Of a DNA stretch of 64,000 nucleotides, positions 29,933 to 42,176 are shown piece after piece. This DNA comes from a virus: positions 1 through 64,000 of IMG/VR virus record IMGVR_UViG_3300049427_000004; one strand, 5' to 3'. The translations under genes and the position numbers were made by a program. The notes under the pieces were generated by a model, which did no database searches, was not told the DNA's origin, and saw nothing but the letters and a program-made list of their open reading frames with translations. Numbering within the stretch: position 1 is the first letter of the stretch; every line of letters starts with the position of its first letter.

Positions 29933-31624
29933 TTATCTATTAACAACTCTCAGATCTTCGATGAACACTTGATTTGTTTTCTCAATATGATATTTCGGTT
30001 TATAACGTGGGAACAAATTGAGATTAAGTGATCCAACCACATCTATCTTGTCTCCAACCATTACCCCTTCAATAAATGTTTCGTCTGCCTTAAACTTCAT
30101 AATCACCAGTGAAGGCTTAGCAGTCTCCAAGTCTTGCTCATCCACAAACCAAGTATCTGATTCTAACAAGCATCCTAGCTTCAGCGTATCTCCACTACCC
30201 ATTACTTTCTTCTGACTTACAACTAAATCCTTAATCAGAAACTTTGCTTCTTCAAATCCTGTTCCAGACACTCTACAGAAATTTTGAACTTGAGTGATAA
30301 GTTTTTCATTAATTTTATCTGCCTGTAACTCGATATCAAAGTAAGTAATTTGTTCGAATTTTTCATTTTTAAGTTTATTGTTTAGAGTCATTTTGAATAA
30401 TTCGAAGTCATTCTTTAATACGGAAACACCACCAGCTTCTGCGTGACCTCCGCTGTTAGTCACCATATCCAGCTTTGATGCAAATTCTAAGAAGTTAAAT
30501 CCACCATATGAGCGATAACTCCCTACATATTCTGTAGTTGTCTCTCCTTGAATGATTACTGGTCTTTGGTATATTCCTGATAAGTCATTAGCAATAAGAC
30601 CGTTATAGCCCTTTCCAAGTGATGAATCAATTAAGACAATACATTTATCATCTTCATTGACCAATGGCTTAAGCCTTTTAACTGCTTCTTTTTGAGTCTT
30701 TTTCCGAACTTCGTTTAAACTATGTATTTCTTTAGCAAGTTCTAGAGCAATTACAGGATCATCTGTTGTAAGCAGCTCTAGAGGCAACTCAATTTTATCT
30801 AACCTCGTAGGAGCGTTTATAAAAGGTGTTATATTGTATCCTATTGTAGATGAGTATAATTTTTCTTTTTCCTTTTTAATGACCATTAGTATCGATCTCA
30901 AACCCACATTATGTATGTTGTCGAGCATCGTATTTACCATGAATCTGTTTTCTGGTTCTGACATACTCTGCATATCACTATATAACCCAAACGCAGCCAA
31001 ATCAATAAGTGAATCTGAGTAGTCTTCGTGGAAATGATCATCTAATGTCTGACAAACTTTCCATGTAAGTAGTGAGCCTGATGATTGCTTATTAGGATAA
31101 GAACAATCTTCCTGTTGAGGATTAACCAAAATGCAATATTCATTTTTATCTGTGATTTGGTGATGATCAATAATTACAATATCAATCTCACGCTCTGTAA
31201 TGGTTTTGCAAGCTTCCCATTCGTTACTCGATGAGTCAACAATAATTAACAAGTCTGTATCATCTGGAATGTCGTTGACTACATGTTGTACTCCGTGTCC
31301 TACACTCCTCTGTTTGTATAGGTAGGATAACCTATCTGTGTAATTGAGTAAGTATTGATATAACAGTGAGGTGCTGGAAATTCCATCTGGATCTGGATCG
31401 CATAATATTTCAATATTTTGTTTTAGTTCAATTGCTTGAATAATTCGATCTCTTGCCAGTTCTACATTTTTCAAAAGGTAAGGATTATGTAATTCTTCTT
31501 CTGTTGGATAAACGAATCTGAACATGTCTTCAATTCCGTTTATCGCTGCAAGCTTATCGATCACACTGTATGTATCTTCATAAGGAATCTTTGGTGCTCT
31601 TTGTTTCCATTCTCGCTTCACCAT
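29933..31624 (-). CDS. recJ: RecJ-like ssDNA exonuclease, DHH family (YorK-like)
   Basis: DPDPDG, IVDSS, IIDHH, GSYRS, GGHAEAGG. Confidence 0.9.
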   Translation of the reverse strand: MVKREWKQRAPKIPYEDTYSVIDKLAAINGIEDMFRFVYPTEEELHNPYLLKNVELARDRIIQAIELKQNIEILCDPDPDGISSTSLLYQYLLNYTDRLSYLYKQRSVGHGVQHVVNDIPDDTDLLIIVDSSSNEWEACKTITEREIDIVIIDHHQITDKNEYCILVNPQQEDCSYPNKQSSGSLLTWKVCQTLDDHFHEDYSDSLIDLAAFGLYSDMQSMSEPENRFMVNTMLDNIHNVGLRSILMVIKKEKEKLYSSTIGYNITPFINAPTRLDKIELPLELLTTDDPVIALELAKEIHSLNEVRKKTQKEAVKRLKPLVNEDDKCIVLIDSSLGKGYNGLIANDLSGIYQRPVIIQGETTTEYVGSYRSYGGFNFLEFASKLDMVTNSGGHAEAGGVSVLKNDFELFKMTLNNKLKNEKFEQITYFDIELQADKINEKLITQVQNFCRVSGTGFEEAKFLIKDLVVSQKKVMGSGDTLKLGCLLESDTWFVDEQDLETAKPSLVIMKFKADETFIEGVMVGDKIDVVGSLNLNLFPRYKPKYHIEKTNQVFIEDLRVVNR

Positions 31625-31650
31625 TCATCTCCTCTCTTTACCGCTTCATT

Positions 31651-31680
31651 ATCTTATCAAACCTGACTACCAATAGTCAA
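31651..31680 (-). promoter_or_regulatory. sigmaA-like promoter of recJ with palindromic operator over -35
   Basis: TTGACT-18-TAAGAT; perfect TGACTA-N4-TAGTCA at 31664-31679. Confidence 0.6.
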
Positions 31681-31864
31681 CGTTTTTTATTTTGTATTTT
31701 TAATATTTTATATATTTATACTCTTAACTCAACTTTATATTGTGGAGGCAGATTCATCCCCTCAACATCTTCGAATAGTAGATAATCATTATATGCTTTA
31801 GTCCAATTATCATGCACTTTGCCATTCACTCTATCGACAACTAAAAATTCATATATATGTTTAC

Positions 31865-34800
31865 TCATACTTGAAAACCAATCTTATTATTTAAGAGTAT
31901 ATGTATAAGTTCGTCCTTGCTTAAGCTCTGCAAGTGTTCTATGTAACTTTGCTCACCAGTTTCTTTCTTATATGGATTATGTTTATCAGGGAACCGTCTT
32001 GAGATAATTTCACACATTTTTTCATCATCAAAGTTATAATAAAATGCCAAATCTAATATCCGTTCATAATCAACATACTCAAAGATATCTATTCCTTTAT
32101 TGTCCCACATCCACTGCTCCTCTTCATATGTATGTTGTAGCCAACTAAAGTTGTAATAACCTTTCGGTACATATTTGAATGTCTGGATCAATTCATATAT
32201 TTCTCTGCTGGTAAACCATTTATCATGTTGTTTTGTGTAATCATCTCTGTTTAAATTAACGACGATATCTCTTCCTTTGCTCATGAAATCCTTATATTGA
32301 GCTTCACAAAGATAAAATTCAAATTCGTCAGCAACAAAATATTCTGCTTTCTGTCCAAAATCACCATTGATATAAAAACCGAATAAGTTCTCAGTCTCAC
32401 CTGTAACATTGCATCTATCCATATAATTACCTCCGATTGGATAATTTATTTTTAATACGTGTTTCAATTTCTTGCTGTTTATCTATGTATTCGTCATCAC
32501 CAAATGTTTTATATAAGTCTCTATAGTTCCTATACATATCAAGCAGCTCATCATATGTAAAATTACCTTTAACTTCTACGGTATCGGATGTGTCTTTAAG
32601 TCGAACAAGACTGTGATCTACTTGCCATATAAAGCCATCCTTTCGCTTAATGGTATACATTATCGACTCTGCATATGTTCCATCTCGAATCACCGTTTTC
32701 CAGCAATAACCTTCAATCGTAAATTCATCAAAATTGAAACTTTTTACAAGGATCGTCGAACCATTAGGATAAGGTTTTAGGCTCATAATTCACCATCTCA
32801 TCAAACTTCTTTGACAACCGCTTGTAACTTTCGGTTGCTATGTATTTTAGAGCTTTAGCGACTTGCTCACCGTCATTCACACAAGGAAAATCTTCAGTGT
32901 AACTGTTAAATTTATCTCTGTCGAAGTTATGCACATAATCAGAAATATCCCTATTTGTACCTTTAAGAAAATTACTAATCAAGCCTAAGATAATTGCATC
33001 CTTTTCATAGTTTCTCATATGCACCCTCCCTATAAATGAGATCATTTATCTAATAAATTCAACAAAAAGCTAAATACTAACCACAATATAATAAATATCA
33101 ACCACCCTATTTTAGTTTTAGGTGTTCCCTCTCTTACAAACTCCTTGTAAACTTCAGACCACTTTTTCAAAAACTCTCTTCATCTCCTCATTAAAATATC
33201 TTTTATCTGCTATTCCTTCCTCGACAATTTTGGTTGGTTAACTCTAAACCGTTCAATAACTTCATCGATGCTAATTGGCGTGTAGTTAATGTTCTCAACT
33301 GACACACATTGGTATTTCGCTTGATCAAAACCATCAATTTGGGAATGAACATGACCATGAATGTTAAATCTGATTCCAGATGCGTTTAAATGATTCATAT
33401 TGTCTTCCGAAACAGGTTCATGGGTTAGTAGGGCATTATTATATTGCAACATCTTATACGGCTTAAATCCTAGTTTAATGAACTTTCCATTAGTAATATC
33501 TTTATCGTGATTTCCTCGAATCACAATATTTCTTCCTTTGCTTACTCGTTGAGCTATGTATTCCATCCTAGCTGCTTTACAGAAAAACATATCACCCAAC
33601 CAATAAACCGTGTCACCTTCAAAAACAACTTTTTTGTAATTTTCGATGATTACATTGTCCATATGTTCTGTATCAATGAACGGTCTGGATTCATATTTCA
33701 TGATGTTTTTGTGGCTGAAATGTGGATCGGAAATAAACCAATCTTTACTCAAAATAACACCTCCTCACACAAATGGTTTAATAATTTCGTCTTTGTATTC
33801 TGGAAATCTACGTTCAATCGCCTCTTGCACTTTCACGATATCCGAATCAATAAATTTTCCACCATAGTTCATTTTCATTTCTACATAAATAAAATTGTAC
33901 ATCCAATTTAAAAGTCCAACCTGCTTTTCGTCCATTTCTCACACTCCTTATGAATCTGTTATTTCGTTGCCTTATTTATACATTTCCTGAATTTGTTCTT
34001 CATATCTTTTCCAATCATCTTCATCGAAGCAGTTTCTATATGCAAGTAGTTCGTGCCCATCGTTTTCAATAATGTCATTAAGCTCTATTGCAATTGTATT
34101 CTCAAACATTCTTACTTCTAAGCCGCCTTCATCGAATGGGGAACTACCTACAATTTTGACGAAATCACTTAAATCAAAATGCCACACATGAACATAAGTA
34201 TAAACTGTTTTATCTTTTTCATAGTTTTTGGTGTATAGTCCAGTTTCATTGTTTCTTAGAAATTCATATAAATCAGCATCAACTAATTTCAACTGCCCAT
34301 TCTCCCTTCTTCTCTACATCTGTCATTCCAAACGTTTTAAATGACGCATAATGCTCTCCAAACCATTTAGGCTGCAACATATCATATGTATAAGTTCGAC
34401 CTGTACAGGAGACAATTGTGGCTCCCTGAGATAGTTTAGTGATTGCTTTGTTAAGGTTCATTTTGACAGTTCCTCATATTGATTTAGATAAACTGGATCT
34501 ATGTATTGTAAAAACTCTGTTGCAAATGTACCACTAAAACCTTCTAGAAATACTACGCCATGTTCACCATTTCCGCGCTCATATTCATCTGAGCCACAAA
34601 TCCACACTCTGCCGAAGTACTTAGGATTATCATGCTCCATGCATGTGTGCATAACCACAGGATCACCTTTTTTAAGTCGATATTCTCCTCGCCTCAATGA
34701 ACTTACCTCCCAATGAAAATCATGTTTTATTAGCTTACATCCATATGATATTTCCTTCTTTGTGATAGACAATATCGTCGTTTAGCATTTTCATCCACTC

Positions 34801-37123
34801 ATCTTTTGTAGCCATGTAATCAGCAAAAGTTGATACATTATCCGCTGCATACTCACACAATTCATCCAATGTCTCAAAAACTGGAGTCATAGGATGCCCC
34901 TCAGAAGTAGTGCTCCAAATTTGAAATCCTTCTCCCACAGGAGGTTCATAATACCAATGTTTCTTTAATTCTGAATTATTCCATACGCAATATCTTGCTT
35001 CTTCATCACAATTATTAAAAATTCGGTCACATTCTTTGCAAATAATTCCATCATACTGTAAAATTTCAGGAACTTGTTTGGTGATTTCCTTCATATGCTG
35101 GAAATCATCGAGAGTCGGAGCAAATCCCTTCCATACCTCTCCAATCTCATACTCGTAATCCAATGGAACTCTCTTCAATTCTCTTCCCATTTCATTTATC
35201 TCCTTTGCCAATCAAATCATTGTTTTATTACTTCTCACTTCATAAAGAATTCCATGTCATAGAAATTATCAAAGTTATCCATTCGAATATAGTTAACGAA
35301 GCCATCAGGAAATTCAACTTTATATCTAGGAATTGTTTTTGCAGCCACAGATGCATCTAACAAAGTAACTAAGCCGACAATAATTGGTGATCCTCCGTGA
35401 TTGGCATGAAAGTCATTTAGCTCCCACAAGGCATTATTCGCCTCAAACTCTTTTGAATCGTCACGATTTAACATAGGTTTTTTAGCTACTACTTTAATTT
35501 TTCCTTCTCTCATTTTATTTCCTCCTTCGATTTCAGACTATCGGTATCAATCTGTTCTTTATAAAGTTTCTCATAATCCTTAATCATAGCGTCTACATAT
35601 CTCCAGCTGCATTCATCATCACTGTTCCAAAAATCTTTAATTTCGTTATAGTATTTCTGCCTGTATCCATGTTGCAATACATATTCTTGAATCACATAAA
35701 TACTTTCTTCTGGGTCTTCATAAGAGCCGTTATGTCGATAAATTAAAGGGAGCAAAATTTCTGCATCTTCAGTTTTCAACTCTCCAAGATTGTCAATAAT
35801 CTCTAAACTACCGACATCGATTCTTGAATCATTCCAATGGGATTCAATAACTTCGATGATATCTCCTTTCGAATCTGTAATTACTCTTGCAAAACCATCA
35901 ATATTAACCATTAGCGTATCACCTTTCTTTGAAATCGCCGTTTGATTGGCTTATACATTTAAAACTTTCCACTTGCTATCTCTGAGTGTTAAGTAAACCT
36001 TGTCACCGTGTAAGAAGGTTGTAACTGCTCTATTATGCTTTTTAAGTTTTATGTAGATAGAGCCACCATGAACCACAATGATTTCACCCATTCTGCAATA
36101 TGCACCTGAATTAACTTTGATTCCTAATTTAAGAAGAGCCTCGATTTGTATATGTATGTTTTCATTTAAGATACCGTGTTTCTCTAGAAATTCAATAGCC
36201 AATTTATCTTCTTCTTTTCGCTTATTTTCATAGAAATCACTATACATCTTTGATTGAACATCGTTTAACTTATTTTTCAGAACCCTCCCGTCTACAACAA
36301 ATGTGTGACCATCAATATGTAAATTAACCAAACATTGACTCTCATCAATACAATTCTCGCTAAACTCAATATTTTGTATAACAAACTCCTCCTAATGAAA
36401 ACTCAATTTACCCCATTACCAACTACTGACTTTCTCAAGTCTCCCTTTTCTACAGTGAATGCAAGTTGACCTTTTTATTTCTTTACTTGAACCAGTTACT
36501 GTTTTACATGAGAGACAAGCATATCTGTAATCTAGAGATAGTTTTCTAACTTGATCTAATTGCCTCTGGCGACTTGTTCTTTCAGATTTCTCTCTTGCTT
36601 CATTATCAGATACGCACAATTTTCCACTGCGTCCTGCAAAATAGGGCGAATATTTCGCTCTGCCAGCCTCTTGTAACTTCTCATCTAATTCAAAACTAAT
36701 TTCATTTCGTGGAACACGTACTCCGTCCAATTGAACCAATTCGGTTTCTCTTTTTGATTTAACTGTTGCGTAGCCTACTATTTCACGCTCATGCAGATAG
36801 ACAGGAATTACTTGCTCCAACACATATGTATGATTTTGCCCCAAGCAAAAATTCGCAGTACTTAATTGGTTTTTCATTGTATCACTCCTTATAAAACTCT
36901 TTTTGTTCTAATAGTCTGCATTCCAATTCATTAGAGAATCTGTAAACCAACTCACAAATATTCTCCATAGAAGAATTGGTAAACCAATAGGATTTCCTCC
37001 CATTACAGTTATGATAAACAACATTGTAATGAATCCTAAAATCAATGCAATCTGTGTTTCTTGTTTTCTAGTAAACAGAAAAACTAACACTAAAACAGTC
37101 ACTATAGTGTGCCATATATACAT
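31865..37123 (-). other. Run of about 17 short accessory ORFs
   Basis: ORF track plus small unlisted ORFs; RBSs and palindromic boundary sites. Confidence 0.8.
33210..33752 (-). CDS. Calcineurin-like metallophosphoesterase
   Basis: SDPHF, LGDMF, GNHD, THEP, HGHVH motifs. Confidence 0.9.
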   Translation of the reverse strand: MSKDWFISDPHFSHKNIMKYESRPFIDTEHMDNVIIENYKKVVFEGDTVYWLGDMFFCKAARMEYIAQRVSKGRNIVIRGNHDKDITNGKFIKLGFKPYKMLQYNNALLTHEPVSEDNMNHLNASGIRFNIHGHVHSQIDGFDQAKYQCVSVENINYTPISIDEVIERFRVNQPKLSRKE

Positions 37124-37192
37124 CCATACGGTTTCGATAATTCCGTTTAACTCTTCTCCTAATAAAAACTCTCTTTCGTCGTGTCACAGACT

Positions 37193-37588
37193 CTATTTGC
37201 TTGTCTGCAAATCTATGTCTGGAATGATGGATTCAGGACGAAACACCATACGGTAATGAAATGGGTCTGCATTAATTGCATCAGTTTGCTCCACAAGAAA
37301 ACTAACGTTGTCGCTTAATCCCAGATAGTGTTTCTTGTATGAATTTTCCCCCACCTTACAAGTGACGCTCAGTCTCCTTGGATCGTCGTTATTTCCTAAT
37401 GCGCAAAGTCCCTCAACTGTAAGCAAATATTTGTCAGTAATGCCGTTGAAAAATACGATCCTACGTTGTACTTCAAATGAATCAGCAGACTTTGAAAGGT
37501 TTTGTGACACTGTATCTGCTTCTGTTGTACACGCTGCTAATAAAATTACCATAATACTTACAAGAATGATTGCTAGTTTCTTTCTCAT
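37193..37588 (-). CDS. Phage lipoprotein
   Basis: Signal peptide with lipobox LAAC. Confidence 0.8.
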   Translation of the reverse strand: MRKKLAIILVSIMVILLAACTTEADTVSQNLSKSADSFEVQRRIVFFNGITDKYLLTVEGLCALGNNDDPRRLSVTCKVGENSYKKHYLGLSDNVSFLVEQTDAINADPFHYRMVFRPESIIPDIDLQTSK

Positions 37589-37897
37589 TTATTATCTCCC
37601 TTTCTTGGTTCGCAATATATTTTTTAAATGTTGGCGCGTATCTTTTATTCAAAAACAATAAATTTCGTTTTCTGTAACTTATCCCATTCAGTAAACCGCT
37701 TTTCTTTCTCAATTTTCAATAATTTAAAAGCCAATGAATTTGCATCCACCTCATTCATAGCTTCTTCAAATTCGTTCATTTCCAACTTCAATCGATCCAT
37801 TTCCCAATGAATATAATACCCTGAATATGTCTTTTCTTTTTCCATCTCCTTGAACCTCCCCTCCTCTCCCACCCAATAATTCTAATATTTCAAGTGC

Positions 37898-39724
37898 TTA
37901 CGCTACAGCCAAAGTGTTGATAATACATCCATATAAATCATCTGGTTTGTCAAAATTCATCAAATTTAGCTCTCTAACAATCTCTTTTAAATTCAAGAGA
38001 ATAAATTTGTAATCCTCTAGATCTAAATTTTCGTCCAAGTCGATTCGTAGCTTTCCTTTATCGATAGTTGTTCTATCTATGTATATTTTATCGTTTGCAA
38101 AATCATGTATTGCGACAAACTCATCTTCAATTTTTTCGATTGTGTGATTTAACACTTCAACTGACGTTTCCTTAAGAACCATCAAATCTCCTACCGCAAA
38201 TACATTGCGAGTAAATCCAACAATTCTACTAATCATATCGAGCAACATCATAGCACGTTGTTCCTTATTGGAGAGTTCAGTGTTTGATATGGTTGCTTTG
38301 ATTTTAGTTTTTTCTGTTAGTGCTGAGATATGTACAATATTCTGTTCCATTCCTAGCATTTCAAGTACGCTGCTTTCAAACTTGTTGCGAGATACAATAA
38401 TTTTTAATTTATAGTGCTTTGCAATATTGAATTTTGCTTCTTGTTCTATTACCTCATCGAACCCTAACCAGAATACAGGCTCAGAGTCAAAGTCGATTTG
38501 TTTACCTCGTCTCTCATTTAGTCGCTCTTCATCTATCTCGGGTTCTTCATATCCACCAGAACTTCCCCCACTTCTACTCCATGAAGAAATTCCTTCTGCA
38601 TTTGGCGCTCTTTCTTTTACATCATTTTCAATTGACACTTCAGTAAAGTTAGATTCAGTCTGTTTGGACGCACTAGATTTGACAAATACTTCGTAATCAT
38701 TCAATGTTCTCATCTCTTTATTGTCTCGTTTAGCCAACGCAATACCGTTCAGATACTTGGAATCATTCTCTTCCTCTGTATCGAAAATTAGAAATGTCAT
38801 TTCATTTTTTAGTTTATTTTTGTCTGCGTAGTATGAAATCGCATCAATATGGCGGTTAATATCTTTCTGATTTCCTGTTAGAAAACTTGTGTTAGCTAAT
38901 TTCTCAATACACTTTTTCACACTGTTGATGAAGTCAAAATATTTATTGTCTCGAATGATATCCTTGCGATCAGGAGAAGTCAGATTTAATGCTTTGTCAG
39001 TTATATGTATGTCACCTTTTAAATAATACAGATTATCTAGTTTTGTAACCAATCGACCTTTATAGAAAACTTTTAAATCCTGACTAAAACCTGTGTTAAG
39101 CGCAATCCATCCCTTGAATGTCGATCCATCTTCAATCTTAGTCATGAAAACACTATCGTCGCCTTCAGTTAAATCTTTCTTCTGCTGCAACACATCGTCA
39201 CAGTAGATGTCGAGTTCGTGTATATACTTACCTAGAATTTGAACTCTTTCACGGATTAAACCAGATGATACTTGGTCGAAATCAAAATTATTCAGAACTA
39301 ATTTAAATCCTTCACATTTATCCTCTACTTCATATACTTCGATGTTTGTATTATTACTTTGAATCATCTCAGCAACGTTGAATACAATATGCTTGTTTCC
39401 AGAATAAACCTCGATATTGTCACTAACAGTTATATTGCTGAAGAAACCCATTCCAAAAGGTGATTCAGTTCTTTGGATATCTTCATCCCATTTCGATTCT
39501 GCAATTGAAAATAATGCTTGTGGATTCTGAAGTGTTTTACCGTTATTTTCAATGGTCACTCGCTTATTAGAGTAATCGATATTAACATCTACTCTTGATG
39601 ATTTAGCCCTCTGAGCATTCTGAATATCTTCATCTAAAAATGATAGTTTATCTTTGAATGTGCTTTGTCGAAGTAGCTTTAGTTGGTTGATTACATTCAC
39701 CTGAACCTTTACTTGGTTATCCAT
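37898..39724 (-). CDS. GHKL (HATPase_c/MORC/Hsp90-like) ATPase with unknown C-terminal region
   Basis: EDIQNA (motif I), IENNG (motif II), SPFGMGFFS (motif III), GFKLVL (motif IV). Confidence 0.75.
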   Translation of the reverse strand: MDNQVKVQVNVINQLKLLRQSTFKDKLSFLDEDIQNAQRAKSSRVDVNIDYSNKRVTIENNGKTLQNPQALFSIAESKWDEDIQRTESPFGMGFFSNITVSDNIEVYSGNKHIVFNVAEMIQSNNTNIEVYEVEDKCEGFKLVLNNFDFDQVSSGLIRERVQILGKYIHELDIYCDDVLQQKKDLTEGDDSVFMTKIEDGSTFKGWIALNTGFSQDLKVFYKGRLVTKLDNLYYLKGDIHITDKALNLTSPDRKDIIRDNKYFDFINSVKKCIEKLANTSFLTGNQKDINRHIDAISYYADKNKLKNEMTFLIFDTEEENDSKYLNGIALAKRDNKEMRTLNDYEVFVKSSASKQTESNFTEVSIENDVKERAPNAEGISSWSRSGGSSGGYEEPEIDEERLNERRGKQIDFDSEPVFWLGFDEVIEQEAKFNIAKHYKLKIIVSRNKFESSVLEMLGMEQNIVHISALTEKTKIKATISNTELSNKEQRAMMLLDMISRIVGFTRNVFAVGDLMVLKETSVEVLNHTIEKIEDEFVAIHDFANDKIYIDRTTIDKGKLRIDLDENLDLEDYKFILLNLKEIVRELNLMNFDKPDDLYGCIINTLAVA

Positions 39725-39986
39725 ATTGTCCTCCTTTTAATGGTCTTGAATGTGATATTTCATCGGTGTTCATACTTATTAATCATTAATTCCGTCAATT
39801 TCTTCTTTACAGGAGGGGCAAACGTGGGTGGCGCAATCTCTATATTCGGGATCTGATACACTTCCAATCTCACCTTTAAAAACTTCATTCGTCGCTCTGT
39901 CCCATTCTCGATTCCAGTTCTTAACTCCGCATTTTGGACATTTCGCTTTTAGCTTCATTCATTCTCCTCCTTATTTCCTTCAGTAT

Positions 39987-40705
39987 TCATTCAGATACTT
40001 GAGCCAATTTCTCTTCAAGTTCTGATACTGTCGATTCCAACATTTCAATATCTTGAGTCAGTACCTTAATTTTCGACACAAGATGGTTCCATATCTCCTG
40101 TAGTTCTTCGCATTCTTGTTCCATGCCAGCAGAATAGATAATCTCTGTTAAGTTTGCGAATCTTTCTGTCATATCTTTCATTTCTTATCTCCTCCTTTAA
40201 TATAAAAATATCGTATTCAATATTTCTCTTATATCTTTCACTCGGTATATCCTTTGAAATTTAGTTTTTATGAGCCTGTTGGCTTCCATTCTGGATACTG
40301 TTTGTAGAACTCAGCAATGTACTTCTTGAAATATTCATCCATTCCTGTGCGCTTTAAGCAATCAACGGATTGAACATCTGACCCACAAAAATATTCCCAA
40401 TTTAAGTATAAGTCAACTTGTGCAGCCCTAGTACGCTTGATTCGTTTACAGTCATATAATTTTTCGAGAATTTCAATAACCTCTTCTTGATCGATTGAAT
40501 AAGATTGTTCTATTTCAGAACATTCAAATTGAATATATGCACAAATTGCTTCAAATTCATCTGCGTCATAAGGTGCTTCAATATATGACCTTCGCTTAGT
40601 TTCATCGTATGTATGAGTAAGACAATATTGATGATTGAAAGTTGATCTTGGTAATTGATTAACTTCTTTTAGCTTAGCTACAATTTCTTTTTCGTATTTC
40701 CCCAT
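39987..40705 (-). other. Two hypothetical ORFs (64 and 145 aa); an unlisted ~59-aa zinc-finger ORF lies at about 39785-39960
   Basis: ORF track and RBSs; CPKC...CPSC in the unlisted ORF. Confidence 0.7.
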
Positions 40706-40748
40706 TTTTCATTTCTCCTTTTTATTAGGCTTTAAATCCTACATTTCA

Positions 40749-41477
40749 TTACCCAATCCTCTCAAGATTTCCGTTGCGCTCCATCTTAAACTTTGCTACC
40801 TCATCTTTATCTGTACCAGTGAACATCTTACGTGCTTTATTGAACAAGTTCATAATTGTATTGTTTTCATTCATATATTCTTCTTTTTCATTTTTAAGTC
40901 TTTCATTTTCTTTTTTATAGTGAGTAATCATAGCTTCTGATCCATCAAGTTTTTCTTGTAATTTCTTCAATTTACTTTCATGTATTTCCTTTTGGCTTTC
41001 AAGCTTTCGATTCTCTTCTATGTATTTTGTTTGTTCACTCATTGATGTTTCAACTAATGCAGCAAACTGTTCAACCTGATATTCAAGATTCTCTCTGTCA
41101 TTGTTATTTTGAGAAAGCTGGAACTCAAGATCAAAAATCGTTCCTTCCTTTTCCCTAACTAATGTAGTTAACTCTACAACTTGAGCAGTTTTAAATTTAT
41201 TGTCCTCAATAATTTTATTTATTTCTGAGATTACATCATATTCAACTTTAATTTCAGTTGAAGTAGCATCTTCAACAATTGCTTCTATTGATCCTTGAGT
41301 ATCAAAAAAGTTTTCTGGCAAATCCTTTTTCAATACTCTCCAGCGTTCTGCACAAGCTCCCTCCGATCTCTCAATTTTCTTGGACGTGTTTACAAATGCC
41401 TCAATTCTTGTTGCTGCATTTTTAATATTATCAAGTAGAGTATTATCTTCTTTTGTAGTCCACACTTTAACTTTCAT
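40749..41477 (-). CDS. RsfA-like (Myb/SANT) regulator with long coiled coil
   Basis: WTTKEDNTLL...RSEGACAERW matches the RsfA N-terminal pattern W..E.D.LL...R...AC..RW. Confidence 0.7.
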   Translation of the reverse strand: MKVKVWTTKEDNTLLDNIKNAATRIEAFVNTSKKIERSEGACAERWRVLKKDLPENFFDTQGSIEAIVEDATSTEIKVEYDVISEINKIIEDNKFKTAQVVELTTLVREKEGTIFDLEFQLSQNNNDRENLEYQVEQFAALVETSMSEQTKYIEENRKLESQKEIHESKLKKLQEKLDGSEAMITHYKKENERLKNEKEEYMNENNTIMNLFNKARKMFTGTDKDEVAKFKMERNGNLERIG

Positions 41478-41528
41478 AATATCATCTCCCTTTTAATTTT
41501 TACTTTTTATTCATCAATTTTTATGTAT

Positions 41529-41831
41529 TTACCAAGCATTTGCAGCCATTTTTACTTGTTGATTGTATTTTTCTTTAACTGATTCATCTATTTCAACTGT
41601 TTTCTTTTCTCTAAATATTTGCATATTTACGATTACATTCTTATGTACGGTGAAATCAAAATCATAGTACCTCACTACTAATGTATCTCCGCCGTTTTGA
41701 ATATCTGTTACTTGACCAAGAGTAACTGCTCTATGTATTTTAAAATTAACTTCTTCATTATTATTACATTTGGATGCACTAACTGAACAAAACTTTTTGT
41801 ATTGTTCGACAACACATGATTTAATTTTCAT
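41529..41831 (-). CDS. Hypothetical protein
   Basis: 100-aa ORF with AAAGGTG RBS. Confidence 0.65.
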   Translation of the reverse strand: MKIKSCVVEQYKKFCSVSASKCNNNEEVNFKIHRAVTLGQVTDIQNGGDTLVVRYYDFDFTVHKNVIVNMQIFREKKTVEIDESVKEKYNQQVKMAANAW

Positions 41832-42176
41832 TTTTCATTTTCACCTTTTCGTTATGTATTTTTCTTATCTTCTTCCTTGAGACTTTTATGTAAGCAAGCG
41901 CAATGAGCGATAATGTAGTATAGATAATGCAAGAAGATACTAACACACTTATACCAATCAACTCCTTGTTATATTTCCATTTTTTACTTTGTGAGATTAT
42001 GATAGCATGGCTATACAGAAAAACGCAAGTACAATTTTTAATATTTTGCACTTGCGTCTGGATTCTGATCATTTTTACAAATTTCTGAAATTTGACCTTA
42101 AAAAAAGCTAGTGTTTATAAGGGTTTTTTAGTGCCAATTTCCCCATGAAAGGGTAGTTTTATCGGATGGGCGGTTT

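Noticed and set aside
41821-42072. 83-aa ORF as a confident gene
   Set aside because: No convincing RBS; may be spurious or a remnant.
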